Part shown: positions 1-9,203 of the stretch, one piece after another | Layout of the letters: the number at the start of each line of letters is the position of its first letter | Numbering within the stretch: position 1 is the stretch's first letter | Origin: Acidimicrobiia bacterium | GTDB taxonomy: Bacteria; Actinomycetota; Acidimicrobiia; Acidimicrobiales; Bin134 | Assembly (NCBI GenBank): GCA_022821105.1 | Contig: JAJEEH010000019.1 | Location: 1 to 63,014, forward strand | Length of the DNA: 63,014 bases | Reading direction: 5' to 3' | Translations under genes and position numbers: made by a program | The notes under the pieces: model-generated | Seen by the model: the letters and a program-made list of their open reading frames with translations, nothing else | Databases searched by the model: none | What the model was told of the DNA's origin: nothing

Positions 1-1473
1 TCGGTCCTGGAGAACACGAGCTATTCGGTCAACATCAAGGAGCGGCTGGACTTCTCCTGTGCCATTTTCGACCCCGACGGCGAGCTGATCGCCAACGCCC
101 CCCACATGCCGGTCCACCTGGGCTCGATGGACATGGCGGTCAAGGCGGTCATCGCCCGCCATCCCGATATGGCGCCGGGCGACGCCTTCATCACCAACGC
201 CCCCTACAACGGCGGCACCCACTTGCCCGACGTAACCGTGGTAATGCCGGTATTCGACGCCGACGGCGATGAGATCTTGTTCTTCACCGCATCGCGTGGG
301 CACCACGCCGACATCGGCGGTACGGTCCCCGGCTCAGCCCCCGCCGACGCGTCGCACATCTCCGAGGAGGGGGTGCTGTTCGATGGCGACGTTTTGGCTC
401 GGGGCGGACGGTTCCAGGAGACAGACATCAGAGCCTCGCTCACCGGTGCGGAGTGGCCGGCCCGCAACCCCGACGTCAACATCGCCGATATCAAAGCCCA
501 ACTGGCCGCCTGCCAGAAGGGTGCTGTCTCTCTGGGCGAGGTGATCGACTACTACAGCTTGGAGACGGTGCATGCGTACATGGACCATGTGAGGGCCAAC
601 GCCGCCGACTCGGTCCGCCGCCTGATCGATCGCCTAGAAGACGCCACGTTTACCGTTGAATTCGACGACGGCTCCCGAGTGTCGGTGGCATTTCGCATAG
701 ATCGCGGCCAACAGAGGCTCACCGTCGACTTCACCGGAACCAGCGACCAGCACCCCGGGAACTTCAACGCCCCCCAGCCGGTGTGTCGAGCCGCGGTGCT
801 CTACGTGCTGCGCTGTCTGGTGGACGACAACATCCCGCTCAACAGCGGCTGTCTGGAACCGGTGGAGCTGATCATGCCTTCGCCCAGCATGATCAGCCCC
901 GTCGAGCCCGCCGCAGTGTTCGCCGGGAATGTGGAGACCTCCCAGCACATCGTGGACACCCTGTTCGGTGCGGTGGGCACGGTGGCCGCCTCTCAGGGGA
1001 CTATGAACAACGTGGTGTGGGGCAACCAGCGACACCAGTACTACGAGACGGTGTGCGGCGGTGCGGGGGCCACCGCCCGGCGGAACGGCTGCGATGCCGT
1101 CCACACTGGCATGACCAACGCCCGGCTCACCGACCCCGAGGTGCTGGAGCAGCGCCACCCGGTGGTAGTGGAGGACTTCTCCATCCGACTGGGCAGCGGC
1201 GGCGAGGGCCGCCATCGAGGGGGCGACGGGGTGGTTCGGCGCACTCGGTTCGAAGAGGCCATGAGCCTCAACGTGCTGTCCTCCCGACGGGACGTCGCCC
1301 CCTACGGCATCGAGGGCGGCTCGCCCGGCGCCGTAGGGATCAACCGCATTCTGCGGGCTGACGGCACTGTCGAGACCCATCCGGGTGTATTCCGCACCGA
1401 GGTGGAGCCCGGCGACTGTTTCGAAGTGTTCACCCCCGGCGGCGGAGGCTACGGACCGCCCGAGGAGCGCTGA
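1..1473 (+). CDS. Hydantoinase B/oxoprolinase (HyuB-type) family protein, 5' end cut by the window edge
   Basis: Frame 1 is open from base 1 (SVLENTSYSVNIKERLDFSCAIFD...) and runs into ORF 106..1473. The overall sequence pattern matches the HyuB/N-methylhydantoinase B family as I recall it. GC3 bias is strong. Confidence 0.75.
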   Translation, partial: SVLENTSYSVNIKERLDFSCAIFDPDGELIANAPHMPVHLGSMDMAVKAVIARHPDMAPGDAFITNAPYNGGTHLPDVTVVMPVFDADGDEILFFTASRGHHADIGGTVPGSAPADASHISEEGVLFDGDVLARGGRFQETDIRASLTGAEWPARNPDVNIADIKAQLAACQKGAVSLGEVIDYYSLETVHAYMDHVRANAADSVRRLIDRLEDATFTVEFDDGSRVSVAFRIDRGQQRLTVDFTGTSDQHPGNFNAPQPVCRAAVLYVLRCLVDDNIPLNSGCLEPVELIMPSPSMISPVEPAAVFAGNVETSQHIVDTLFGAVGTVAASQGTMNNVVWGNQRHQYYETVCGGAGATARRNGCDAVHTGMTNARLTDPEVLEQRHPVVVEDFSIRLGSGGEGRHRGGDGVVRRTRFEEAMSLNVLSSRRDVAPYGIEGGSPGAVGINRILRADGTVETHPGVFRTEVEPGDCFEVFTPGGGGYGPPEER

Positions 1474-1958
1474 GCGGCCAAGCGGACGCCCTCGACGATG
1501 CTGGTGTAGCCGGTGCAGCGGCACAGGGTGCCGGCCAGAAATTCCCGGATCTCAGCATCGCTCGGCTCGTCGGCATCAGCAGGCCGCTGGGCCAGCCACG
1601 CCACCGTGGACATGATGATGCCCGGTGTGCAGAAGCCGCACTGAAAGCTCATGGCATCGGCGAACGCCTGCTGGACCGGCCCCAACACCGGGTTGCCCGG
1701 ATCGGACGCATCCACCAATCCCTCGATGGTGGTCACCTCGCATCCGTCGGCCTGCACCGCCAACATCAGGCACGACCGCACCGCAGCGCTGTCCACCAGC
1801 ACCGTGCAGGTGCCACACACACCGTGCTCACACCCCAGATGGGTGCCGGTCAGTCCGCATTGGCGGCGCACGAAATCGGCCAGAGTGGTGCGGGTCTCTG
1901 TCTCGGCGGTGTAGTCCACCCCGTTGGCCTGAAGCTGAACAGTTCGGGTGGGGCTCAT
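1449..1958 (-). CDS. (2Fe-2S)-binding small subunit of the xanthine dehydrogenase/CO dehydrogenase family (CoxS-like, orphan)
   Basis: Cys motifs [19 protein letters not shown] and CRCTGY. ATG at 1958 (the ORF track starts at TTG 1967). The 3' end overlaps the hyuB-like gene convergently by 25 nt. Confidence 0.85.
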   Translation of the reverse strand: MSPTRTVQLQANGVDYTAETETRTTLADFVRRQCGLTGTHLGCEHGVCGTCTVLVDSAAVRSCLMLAVQADGCEVTTIEGLVDASDPGNPVLGPVQQAFADAMSFQCGFCTPGIIMSTVAWLAQRPADADEPSDAEIREFLAGTLCRCTGYTSIVEGVRLAAQRSSGGP

Positions 1959-1967
1959 CGACGCCAA

Positions 1968-2768
1968 TTACCAGCCGATGCTCTGGCCCGCGTTGGCCCG
2001 AAGGATCTGGCCGGTCACATAGCGGGAAGCGTCGGAAGCCAGAAACCAGATGAGATTGGCCTGGTCAGACGCCTCGCATACCTCACCCAGCGGGGATCGG
2101 TCCCGCATCAGCTTGAGGTAGCTGTCCATCTCGGCGGGATCCACCTGGCCCTCGGCGTCCCGCAAGTGACCGCCCACGAAGTTGGTCAGCGTGAATCCGG
2201 GGGCGATGGTGTTGACCCGCACACCGATAGGTCCAGCCTCCACCGCCAGCGACTGGGTGAGCATGGCCACCGCCGCCTTGGTGGCTGCGTATACCGAAAG
2301 GCCTCCCACCGGGGTATTGATGGCGGTGGCCGACACGTTGATGATCGAGCCTGACCCTTGAGGGCCCATGACCCTCATGGCCGCCTGACAGCCGAAGAAC
2401 ACTCCTTTGAAGTTGATGGCCAAAACCCGGTCGAGCTCGGCCTCGGTCACGTCCACAACATCGCCATAGCTGCCCACCCCGGCCACGTTGGCCATCACAT
2501 CCAGCCGGCCGAACTCCTCTGTCGCCGCAGCCACCAGCGCTCCCACCTGATCCGACTGGGTGGTGTCAGAGGCCAGGGCCAACGCCCGACCGCCATTTCG
2601 CAGGATGCTGTCCCGGGTGCGGTCTGCCCCGTCGCCGTCGATGTCGCCCAACACCACCGCAGCCCCGGCTGCGGCCAGTGTCTCGGCGGCAGCCTCGCCG
2701 ATCCCACTAGCCGCCCCGGTGACGCAAGCCACCCGCCCGCTCAGGTCGAACACGCCGAGCCCGTCCAT
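1968..2768 (-). CDS. SDR family oxidoreductase
   Basis: ORF 1968..2936 trimmed to the internal ATG at 2768 (MDGLGVFDLSGRVACVTGAASGIGEA, Rossmann TGxxxGIG). The upstream part of the ORF overlaps the PAC2 gene region. Confidence 0.8.
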   Translation of the reverse strand: MDGLGVFDLSGRVACVTGAASGIGEAAAETLAAAGAAVVLGDIDGDGADRTRDSILRNGGRALALASDTTQSDQVGALVAAATEEFGRLDVMANVAGVGSYGDVVDVTEAELDRVLAINFKGVFFGCQAAMRVMGPQGSGSIINVSATAINTPVGGLSVYAATKAAVAMLTQSLAVEAGPIGVRVNTIAPGFTLTNFVGGHLRDAEGQVDPAEMDSYLKLMRDRSPLGEVCEASDQANLIWFLASDASRYVTGQILRANAGQSIGW

Positions 2769-2903
2769 CAAACCAGTCTGGCCCACTGTTGTTCGGTTTG
2801 CCGTATCTGGCTTGCCCCACCGCCGCGCCGGTGCGAATTGGCATGCACAACCGGCCAGATCAATCGGCTTGCCATCCCGGCCTGAGAATGTGAGTCTTGG
2901 GCC

Positions 2904-3761
2904 ATGGCGGTGGAGCTGGAATGGCTGGTGGACCAACCCACCCAGTCCAACCCGGTAATGGTGGTGGCATTAGAGGGTCTATTCGACGCGGCCGACGCGG
3001 CCACCACCGCAGTGCGGCTGATGAAAGAGAGCGCCAACGGCGTCGAGCCGCTGGCCCGCATCGACCCCGAAGAGTTCTTCAACTTCCAGGATCGCCGCCC
3101 TGAGGTCCGGCTAGACGACAACGGCCGGAGGGTCATCGACTGGCCGCTCACCAAGGTGCATGCGGTGGAGCGATACGGCGCCAAGCATCCCCTGGTGGTG
3201 GTAGACGGCGTGGAACCCCACCTGCGGTGGCGGACCTTCGCCGACTACCTGGTGGAGGTGGCCACCGAGTGCCGGGCTGGCCTGGTAGTGACCTTGGGCG
3301 CCATGGTCGGCCTGGCCCCCCACACTCGGCCGCTGGGGGTGGTGGGCAGTTCCACCAACGCCGAGCTGGCCCGCATGTTCGGGTTGGGCCGCCCCACCTA
3401 TGAGGGCCCCACCGGACTGGTGGGCGCGCTCCACGACGCCTTGGACCAGGCCCAAATTCCGGTCATCTCCCTGCGGGTGTCAGTACCCCACTATGTGCCC
3501 GGACCGCCCAACCCCGAGGCAACCCGGTCGCTGCTCAAGCGGTTCGAGCTGATCACCGGCATCATCACCGACCACGACGAGCTCGACGAGGCTGCCGCGG
3601 CATGGCGAGAGCGGGTGGACACTGCGGTGGCCGGCGACGACGACCTAAAGAACTACGTCGCCCAACTCGAGCGCCAGATCGACGAGGCCGACGACCTCCT
3701 CCCCACCGGCGACGACCTCGCCACCCAATTCGAAGCCTTCCTGCGCGACCCCTGGAAGTAG
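2904..3761 (+). CDS. PAC2 (proteasome assembly chaperone 2-like) family protein
   Basis: 285 aa. The N-terminus VMVVALEGLFDAADAATTAV resembles the FeGWnDAG region of actinobacterial PAC2 proteins (from memory). Confidence 0.55.
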   Translation: MAVELEWLVDQPTQSNPVMVVALEGLFDAADAATTAVRLMKESANGVEPLARIDPEEFFNFQDRRPEVRLDDNGRRVIDWPLTKVHAVERYGAKHPLVVVDGVEPHLRWRTFADYLVEVATECRAGLVVTLGAMVGLAPHTRPLGVVGSSTNAELARMFGLGRPTYEGPTGLVGALHDALDQAQIPVISLRVSVPHYVPGPPNPEATRSLLKRFELITGIITDHDELDEAAAAWRERVDTAVAGDDDLKNYVAQLERQIDEADDLLPTGDDLATQFEAFLRDPWK

Positions 3762-3781
3762 GGGCGGCAGGGCCCTACCGC

Positions 3782-4270
3782 CTACGCCGCGGTCAGGCGG
3801 GCGAGGGCTTCGTCGATGATGGTGGTGGCCAGTTTTTGCAGGGACTCGTCGTCGAGGGTGGAGACGGGGTGGGGGACGGTGACCGCCGGGTAGGTGGCCA
3901 TGCCCACGGTGGGGGCGAAGGATTCGACCACCGGCTCAAACGGCTCGGTGATCAGCAGCATTGAGGGGATTCCCCGGGATTCCATGTGGACGGCGTCGTG
4001 CAGACTGCACGCCGTGCAGGCCCCTCAATCGCCCAAGCCGGAGATGATGAGGTGGGAGCGGACGGCCAGCATCTCGGCGTCGTCGGCATCGATGGGCTTG
4101 CCGGCCGCCGACTTGGAGTGGACCACGATGTCGGCCACCGGGAGGCGGTCGCGCAGGCCCTCGGCCACATAGGTGAGCAGCTCCTTGGCGTTGTTCTTGG
4201 CGTTGTCGATCACCCCGATGACCACCGGCTCGGTGGGGGTGCGCCGGGGCGCCATGGCCACCTCGGCCAC
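3782..4270 (-). CDS. Candidate selenoprotein (UGSC-like, UxxC/CxxC redox motif), with in-frame TGA at 4025..4027 read as Sec
   Basis: ORFs 4025..4624(-) and 3782..3985(-) share a frame and are separated only by the TGA. Read-through gives ...ISGLGD-U-GACTACSLHDAVHMESRGIP.... GTG at 4270 is preceded by AGGAAG 5 nt upstream (alternative ATG at 4255). Total 162 codons. Confidence 0.55.
3992..4013 (-). promoter_or_regulatory. SECIS-like hairpin 12-33 nt downstream of the in-frame UGA
   Basis: mRNA GGCGUGCAGUCUGCACGACGCC. The core stem GUGCA/UGCAC closes a GUC loop, and an outer GGCG/CGCC stem is possible. Position and sequence resemble the E. coli fdhF SECIS apical hairpin as I remember it. Confidence 0.45.
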
Positions 4271-4332
4271 TTGGGCTTCCTCATATACCGGAGACAGGAC
4301 AGTTACTGACGACACAGGGATTCCTCCGCGAA

Positions 4333-5397
4333 CTACTGGGCCAAGGGTAGTCCATCGCCGGGAGCAGCCACCTTGCGGGTGACGGCCTCCGAGTGCACAA
4401 CCGGGGCCCAGTTGGGGATGTAGGCCGACCAGCCGGCCCCAGGGCTGCCTGCGGTGACCAGGAAAATGTCCTCCGGGCCCCGCACCGTGTTGAGCTTGCC
4501 GTCGGCGTCGGGGGTCATGTCGTTTTGGGCGGTGAACTCCTGCAAGACGCCGCCCGCGTTCAGGTGCTCGGGGGTAACCCTGCTGTGCTCGGCCAAGAAC
4601 TCCCGCACCATCTGCTTGGTCCAACCGGCTTCGGCCAGGATCTGGCGGTGCTCGTGGCCGATCACCAGCAGTACCTGGTGTTTCTTGGCCACGGCGTAGG
4701 TGGCCGGGTTGGTCATGGCGGCGGCGAAGGTCAACAAGATCCCCTCGGGGTCGCCGTTGAGGTGGTTGGCCACCTGATGGGGGCTCTCAGAGGGGAACAT
4801 GGTCACCGTGGTGTCGGCCTCGCCATAGCCCAACTCCACCCGCAGCGGCGGCCAACCCTCGGGCGGGGGCTCCTCGGCCACCAGCATGGTGAACTTGCCG
4901 GGATGGCCCAGCGACGATCCGTCGAGGGTGTCCGACCGAGCCCCCAGCACGTTCATGGCCACCAGCCGTAGAGCCCGCCCCACGGTGGCGTTGGCCCGGT
5001 AGCCCGGCCCGAGCGCATTGCGAGCCGTGTTGAACCCCAGCTCGGCCACCAGAGGGCCGCTCACCACTGCGCACAGCGCGGCCCCTCCGGTGCTGGTCAC
5101 CACGGTGTGGCACCCGAACCGGGGGTCGAACATGGCCGACAACCCGGCCAGCACCACCGGGAAGTACTCGGCTCGGCACCCGGCCATCACCGCGTTTACG
5201 GCCGCCTTCTCCGCGGTGACCTCCCGGGACCGCTCGGGCACGTTGCCCACGATGTCGCCCGGGGCCAAACCGGCGTGGTCGAGCATGGCCTGGACCCGTT
5301 CCGACGTGGGCGGCACCACCGGCAGCCCGTCGGTCCAGCCTCGGTCGAAGAACTCTTCTTGCACATCCCCCGCGTCGAGCACCAACTCCTGAGCCAT
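4333..5397 (-). CDS. Conserved hypothetical protein (354 aa), immediately upstream of and co-oriented with the candidate selenoprotein
   Basis: Long ORF with strong GC3 bias. N-terminal motif FFDRGWTDGLPVVPPT. I do not recognise a named family. Confidence 0.7.
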   Translation of the reverse strand: MAQELVLDAGDVQEEFFDRGWTDGLPVVPPTSERVQAMLDHAGLAPGDIVGNVPERSREVTAEKAAVNAVMAGCRAEYFPVVLAGLSAMFDPRFGCHTVVTSTGGAALCAVVSGPLVAELGFNTARNALGPGYRANATVGRALRLVAMNVLGARSDTLDGSSLGHPGKFTMLVAEEPPPEGWPPLRVELGYGEADTTVTMFPSESPHQVANHLNGDPEGILLTFAAAMTNPATYAVAKKHQVLLVIGHEHRQILAEAGWTKQMVREFLAEHSRVTPEHLNAGGVLQEFTAQNDMTPDADGKLNTVRGPEDIFLVTAGSPGAGWSAYIPNWAPVVHSEAVTRKVAAPGDGLPLAQ

Positions 5398-5424
5398 GCC
5401 GAGACGCTAGTAGGGTTCCCCGCC

Positions 5425-6219
5425 GTGACTGGAAGACTGACAGGCAAGAGGACCATCGTGACCGGGGCAGGCTCGGGCATCGGCAAGGCCGCGGCGCAAT
5501 TGTTCGCCGCCGAGGGCGCCCAGGTGATGTGCGCCGACATCAACGGCGACGCCGCCGCGGCCACCGCGGCTGAGATCGGAGATGCCGCCATCAGCATGCG
5601 GGTGGACGTGACCCAGCCCGACGACTGCCAGGCCATGACCAGCCAAGCCGTGGCCGCCTTCGGCGGCCTCGACGCGGTGTACTCCAACGCCGGGGTGGAC
5701 GGGACGGGCCGGGCCGGCGACCTCAGCTTGGAGGAGTGGGACCGGGTGATCGGGGTGAACCTCACCGGGAAATGGCTGTCGGTCAAGTACGCCATCCCCC
5801 ACCTCATCGAGGCCGGCGGTGGCTCGCTGGTGCTCCAGGCCAGCGTCGGCGGCGTGATCGGCGTGCCGGGCATCGCCGCCTATGCCGCGGCCAAGGCCGG
5901 GGTGATCGGCCTCACCCGCCAGATGGCGGTGGACTACGGCCCCGACAAGATCCGGGTCAACGCCATTTGCCCCGGAACAGTGCCCACCCCCCTGGTGCGG
6001 GCCACCTACGAGAAGCGGGGCGGGTTCTCGGCCACCGCCGCCGTGTCGGCCGACGCCACCGTCGATGAAATGATCGAAGCCGCCGTTATCCGCCACCCCA
6101 TCGGACGATTGGGCACCACTGAAGACATCGCCCAACTGGCCCTGCACCTGGCCTCCGACGAATCGTCGTGGACCACCGGCACCGCCATCGTCATCGACGG
6201 CGGCATGTCGGTGGCCTGA
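5425..6219 (+). CDS. SDR family oxidoreductase
   Basis: ORF 5107..6219 trimmed to GTG at 5425 (VTGRLTGKRTIVTGAGSGIGKAAA). Contains the NAG and YxxxK-type region (AAYAAAKAG). The upstream part is antisense to gene 4333..5397. Confidence 0.8.
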   Translation: MTGRLTGKRTIVTGAGSGIGKAAAQLFAAEGAQVMCADINGDAAAATAAEIGDAAISMRVDVTQPDDCQAMTSQAVAAFGGLDAVYSNAGVDGTGRAGDLSLEEWDRVIGVNLTGKWLSVKYAIPHLIEAGGGSLVLQASVGGVIGVPGIAAYAAAKAGVIGLTRQMAVDYGPDKIRVNAICPGTVPTPLVRATYEKRGGFSATAAVSADATVDEMIEAAVIRHPIGRLGTTEDIAQLALHLASDESSWTTGTAIVIDGGMSVA

Positions 6220-6232
6220 TCAAGCTCGCAGC

Positions 6233-6796
6233 TCAGCCGACCTCGGCGAAGAACTCCTGCCAGGTGTCGAGGCTCTCGGGGAGCTCCGAAGGGCCGACCG
6301 TGCCGAAATAGCGCTTGCGGTCTGACTCCGAAAGGCCGCCGTCCACCAGCGCGGCCATGTCCATGTAATAGATCATGGCCACCTTCCGCTCCACGAAGCG
6401 CCACTGCCCGTCTTCCACCCGGTACTCGTCGAAATAGCGGAGGGCGGTCATCAGCGTGCGTCCGTCGAGAGCCAGTTCGGCGTGGGCGTTGACCATGCCG
6501 GTGGCGCAGCCGGGGCGGTCGGGATCCAATTCGATTACGTGGCTGTGGGGGTAGTGGTAGGTGGGTCCGAACGCCGCCATGCGCTCGGTGTAGAAGTCGA
6601 TCACCGCCTGTCGGCCTTGGTTGGCCACCATGCCGTCGGCCAAAGCGAACTTGGCGTCAGAGGTGAACATATCGGCCAAGGCACTCACATCCCGGTCGTC
6701 CACCGCCATGCCGTAGCGGGCCACAAGCTCCCGGATTTCCTCCCGAGCCTCCAGTTGGGCAATGCGCTCGGCCAAGCCATCAGATGCGCCAGTCAT
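6233..6796 (-). CDS. SnoaL-like / NTF2 family protein
   Basis: ORF trimmed to ATG at 6796, preceded by GGAGAGGAAACGGT. AERIAQLEAREEIRELVARYGMAVDDRD is typical of SnoaL_4/DUF4440-like proteins (from memory). Confidence 0.6.
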   Translation of the reverse strand: MTGASDGLAERIAQLEAREEIRELVARYGMAVDDRDVSALADMFTSDAKFALADGMVANQGRQAVIDFYTERMAAFGPTYHYPHSHVIELDPDRPGCATGMVNAHAELALDGRTLMTALRYFDEYRVEDGQWRFVERKVAMIYYMDMAALVDGGLSESDRKRYFGTVGPSELPESLDTWQEFFAEVG

Positions 6797-6913
6797 ACCG
6801 TTTCCTCTCCGTTCGCGAAGTTCTGCTGCCCCAGCCTGGTTTGCTGACACCAGCCAGCGAAAACTACCGTCGCCCTCCGTCGGCCAGCAACGCCCGGTCA
6901 ACTTAGGGGGGCC

Positions 6914-7822
6914 ATGCTTCTAGCCTTTGGCAACTTCACAGCCGATCCAAGCGTCAACCTTCAGTTGTTGATCGGTGGTTTGGCCCTCGGTGCCATCTAT
7001 GCCGTGGTGGCTCTCGGCTTCGTGCTGGTCTACAAGAGCACCGACGTCTTGAACCTGGCCCACGGCGAGTTCCTGATGCTCGGGGCCTACTTCGCGTTGA
7101 CGTTCTTGATTTCCGAGAATCTCAATTTCTTCTTGGGCGTGTTCGTGCTGCTGCTGGTGATGCTGGTGTTCGGCTTGCTGGTCCACTACGGGATCATGCG
7201 ACGAATGGTGGGCCAGGGCTTTTTCGCCATTGTGCTGATAACCCTGGGCATCGCCACGATCATCCGCGCCCTTTTGCTGATCTTCTACGGCCCGACGGAA
7301 CGAGCTCGCCTCGACTTGTTGCCCCAGGGCAGCTTCGAAGTCGGCGGCGCCACCGTGAGGTATGTCGATTTGATCATTTTCGGTGTCGTGGCCGCGTGCG
7401 TGCTGCTGTTCTTCATCTTCTTCAAGTACACCCGGCTGGGGCTGCACATGCGGGCAGTGGCCGACGACATCGAGGCCGCCGCGGCCATGGGAATCGACCC
7501 CGACAAGGTGTACGCCATGACCTGGGCCGCGGCCATGGTCATGGCCGGCGTTGGGGGACTGCTGTTCGGCCACGTCACCGGCGCCATCGATCGCAGCATC
7601 GAGGCCATCGGACTGCGGGCCTTCCCCGCCGCGGTAGTCGGCGGACTCACGTCTCTGGGCGGCTCCATTGTGGGCGGCCTGGTTGTAGGGGTGATCGAGC
7701 AGTTCGCCAACGGCCACTTGGGAACCAAGTGGCGTGAGCCGGTGGCCTTCTCGGTGATGTTCGTGGTGCTGCTGGTGCGCCCGACTGGGCTTTGGGGCCG
7801 TAAGGACCTGGAGCGGGTATGA
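6914..7822 (+). CDS. livH: Branched-chain amino acid ABC transporter permease (LivH-like)
   Basis: 302 aa and polytopic. N-terminal LLIGGLALGAIYAVVALGFVLVYKSTDVLNLAHGEF is classic LivH. Confidence 0.85.
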   Translation: MLLAFGNFTADPSVNLQLLIGGLALGAIYAVVALGFVLVYKSTDVLNLAHGEFLMLGAYFALTFLISENLNFFLGVFVLLLVMLVFGLLVHYGIMRRMVGQGFFAIVLITLGIATIIRALLLIFYGPTERARLDLLPQGSFEVGGATVRYVDLIIFGVVAACVLLFFIFFKYTRLGLHMRAVADDIEAAAAMGIDPDKVYAMTWAAAMVMAGVGGLLFGHVTGAIDRSIEAIGLRAFPAAVVGGLTSLGGSIVGGLVVGVIEQFANGHLGTKWREPVAFSVMFVVLLVRPTGLWGRKDLERV

Positions 7823-7859
7823 GCCGAGGCTTGACTAGCGCATTCTTGCGGAGCGGACA

Positions 7860-9203
7860 ATGACGGCCGTCGAGAACCCCGCTCCCCAGCAAGAAGATTC
7901 CCCGACTTACCGCCCGTCGACCATCCAGCGGCTCCTCCCGTTCGCAGTCGCCGCGGTGGTGCCGTTCATCCTGGGCTCCACCACTGAAAATGTGAACTTC
8001 TGGTGGAAGGCGCTGATCACGGTAGTGGTCCTGGCCGTAGTCGCCCGGATGGCCTGGGTGTGGACCCCCAGAGGCGAGCTAACCCACCGCGAGGACATGC
8101 GGCTGTGGCGCACCCCCAGCGACCGGTCGTGGGCCGCGGTGACCACCTTTGGACTGCTGGTGCTGCCCTTCATTTTGGCCTCCGACTTCACCCCGCCCAT
8201 GGACTTCCCCTGGGCCACCTGGTTCGCGGTGGTCAACCTGGTGCTCATCTTCGCCATGGGTGCCGCGGCCTTCAACCTGCTGGTGGGCTACTCCGGCCAG
8301 ATCAGCCTGGCCCACGTGGCGTTTCTGGCATTGGGCAGCATCGTCGGCGGCATAGTCGGCGTGCAGTGGAGCGGCGGAAACATGTGGGTGGCCCTGCCCG
8401 CCGCGGCCTTGGCCGGAGCCGTCGTGGGTGCAATCTCCGGTCTGCCCGCCCTGCGACTCAAGCACCTCTACCTTCTGCTGGCCACCTTCGGATTCCACTT
8501 CGTGATGATGCTGGTGTGGCGGGAATACCTCCAGGAGTACTTCGGCTTCGTCGGCATCCGCTTCAAGGGTGAGAACTCCCCGAGGATCGCTTCGTGGCTG
8601 CACTGGCTGCCCGGCATCGACCCTGACGACAACGGCGAGTTCATCATCACCGGTCAATTCCGGTGGTACTGGGTGCTCATGCCCATCACGGTTCTGTCGA
8701 TTCTGTTCATGGTGAACGTGGTTCGAACCCGGGAGGGGCGAGCCTTCGCTGCGGTGCGCGACCGAGATGTGTCGGCGTCGCTGCTGGGCATCAACGTGGC
8801 CCGATCCAAGCTCTTGGCCTTTGCGCTATCTTCTGCGGTGGTGTCCATGTCTGGTGTGCTGGCCTCCTTCTACATCGGCTCTCGGGGAGAGGACAGCTTC
8901 AACGTCCAGACGGTGTTGAACTACGCCATCATCATCGTGGTCGGCGGCTTCTCCAGCATCCAGGGGGCCATCTTCGGCTCGGCGTTCTTCTGGTTCCTGC
9001 CCGAGTGGTTCAAGTGGGCCCGAGAGGAACTCTGGATCGTGAGGGATATCGACTTCCTCAGCGACTACCCCAGTGAGATCGACTTGGCCATCAAGGGGTT
9101 CTTGGTGGTGATCATCTTGATGTTCAAGCCCGATGGGCTGGCCGGGCTGTGGAAGGACGTCAAGGGCTGGATTGGCCGTTCGCTGGCGAGGAGAGGGCCA
9201 TGA
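7860..9203 (+). CDS. livM: Branched-chain amino acid ABC transporter permease (LivM-like)
   Basis: 447 aa and polytopic. Motif LLVGYSGQISLAHVAFLALG. The stop overlaps the next start (ATGA). Confidence 0.85.
   Translation: MTAVENPAPQQEDSPTYRPSTIQRLLPFAVAAVVPFILGSTTENVNFWWKALITVVVLAVVARMAWVWTPRGELTHREDMRLWRTPSDRSWAAVTTFGLLVLPFILASDFTPPMDFPWATWFAVVNLVLIFAMGAAAFNLLVGYSGQISLAHVAFLALGSIVGGIVGVQWSGGNMWVALPAAALAGAVVGAISGLPALRLKHLYLLLATFGFHFVMMLVWREYLQEYFGFVGIRFKGENSPRIASWLHWLPGIDPDDNGEFIITGQFRWYWVLMPITVLSILFMVNVVRTREGRAFAAVRDRDVSASLLGINVARSKLLAFALSSAVVSMSGVLASFYIGSRGEDSFNVQTVLNYAIIIVVGGFSSIQGAIFGSAFFWFLPEWFKWAREELWIVRDIDFLSDYPSEIDLAIKGFLVVIILMFKPDGLAGLWKDVKGWIGRSLARRGP

Noticed and set aside
1449-1473. 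The 25-nt convergent overlap of the hyuB-like and 2Fe-2S gene 3' ends, as a possible antisense regulatory arrangement
   Set aside because: Short convergent 3' overlaps are common in compact high-GC genomes. Nothing else supports a regulatory role.
4271-4624. The N-terminal ~118 codons of ORF 4025..4624
   Set aside because: This part overlaps the 3' part of gene 4333..5397 in another frame and is Arg/Gly/Pro-rich. A GTG with a good RBS at 4270 gives a sensible start for the candidate selenoprotein.
8715-8735. A GGTTCGAACCC string resembling a tRNA T-arm
   Set aside because: It lies inside the LivM-like coding sequence (..VNVVRTREGR..). I found no acceptor or anticodon stems around it, and no tRNA cloverleaf can be drawn.
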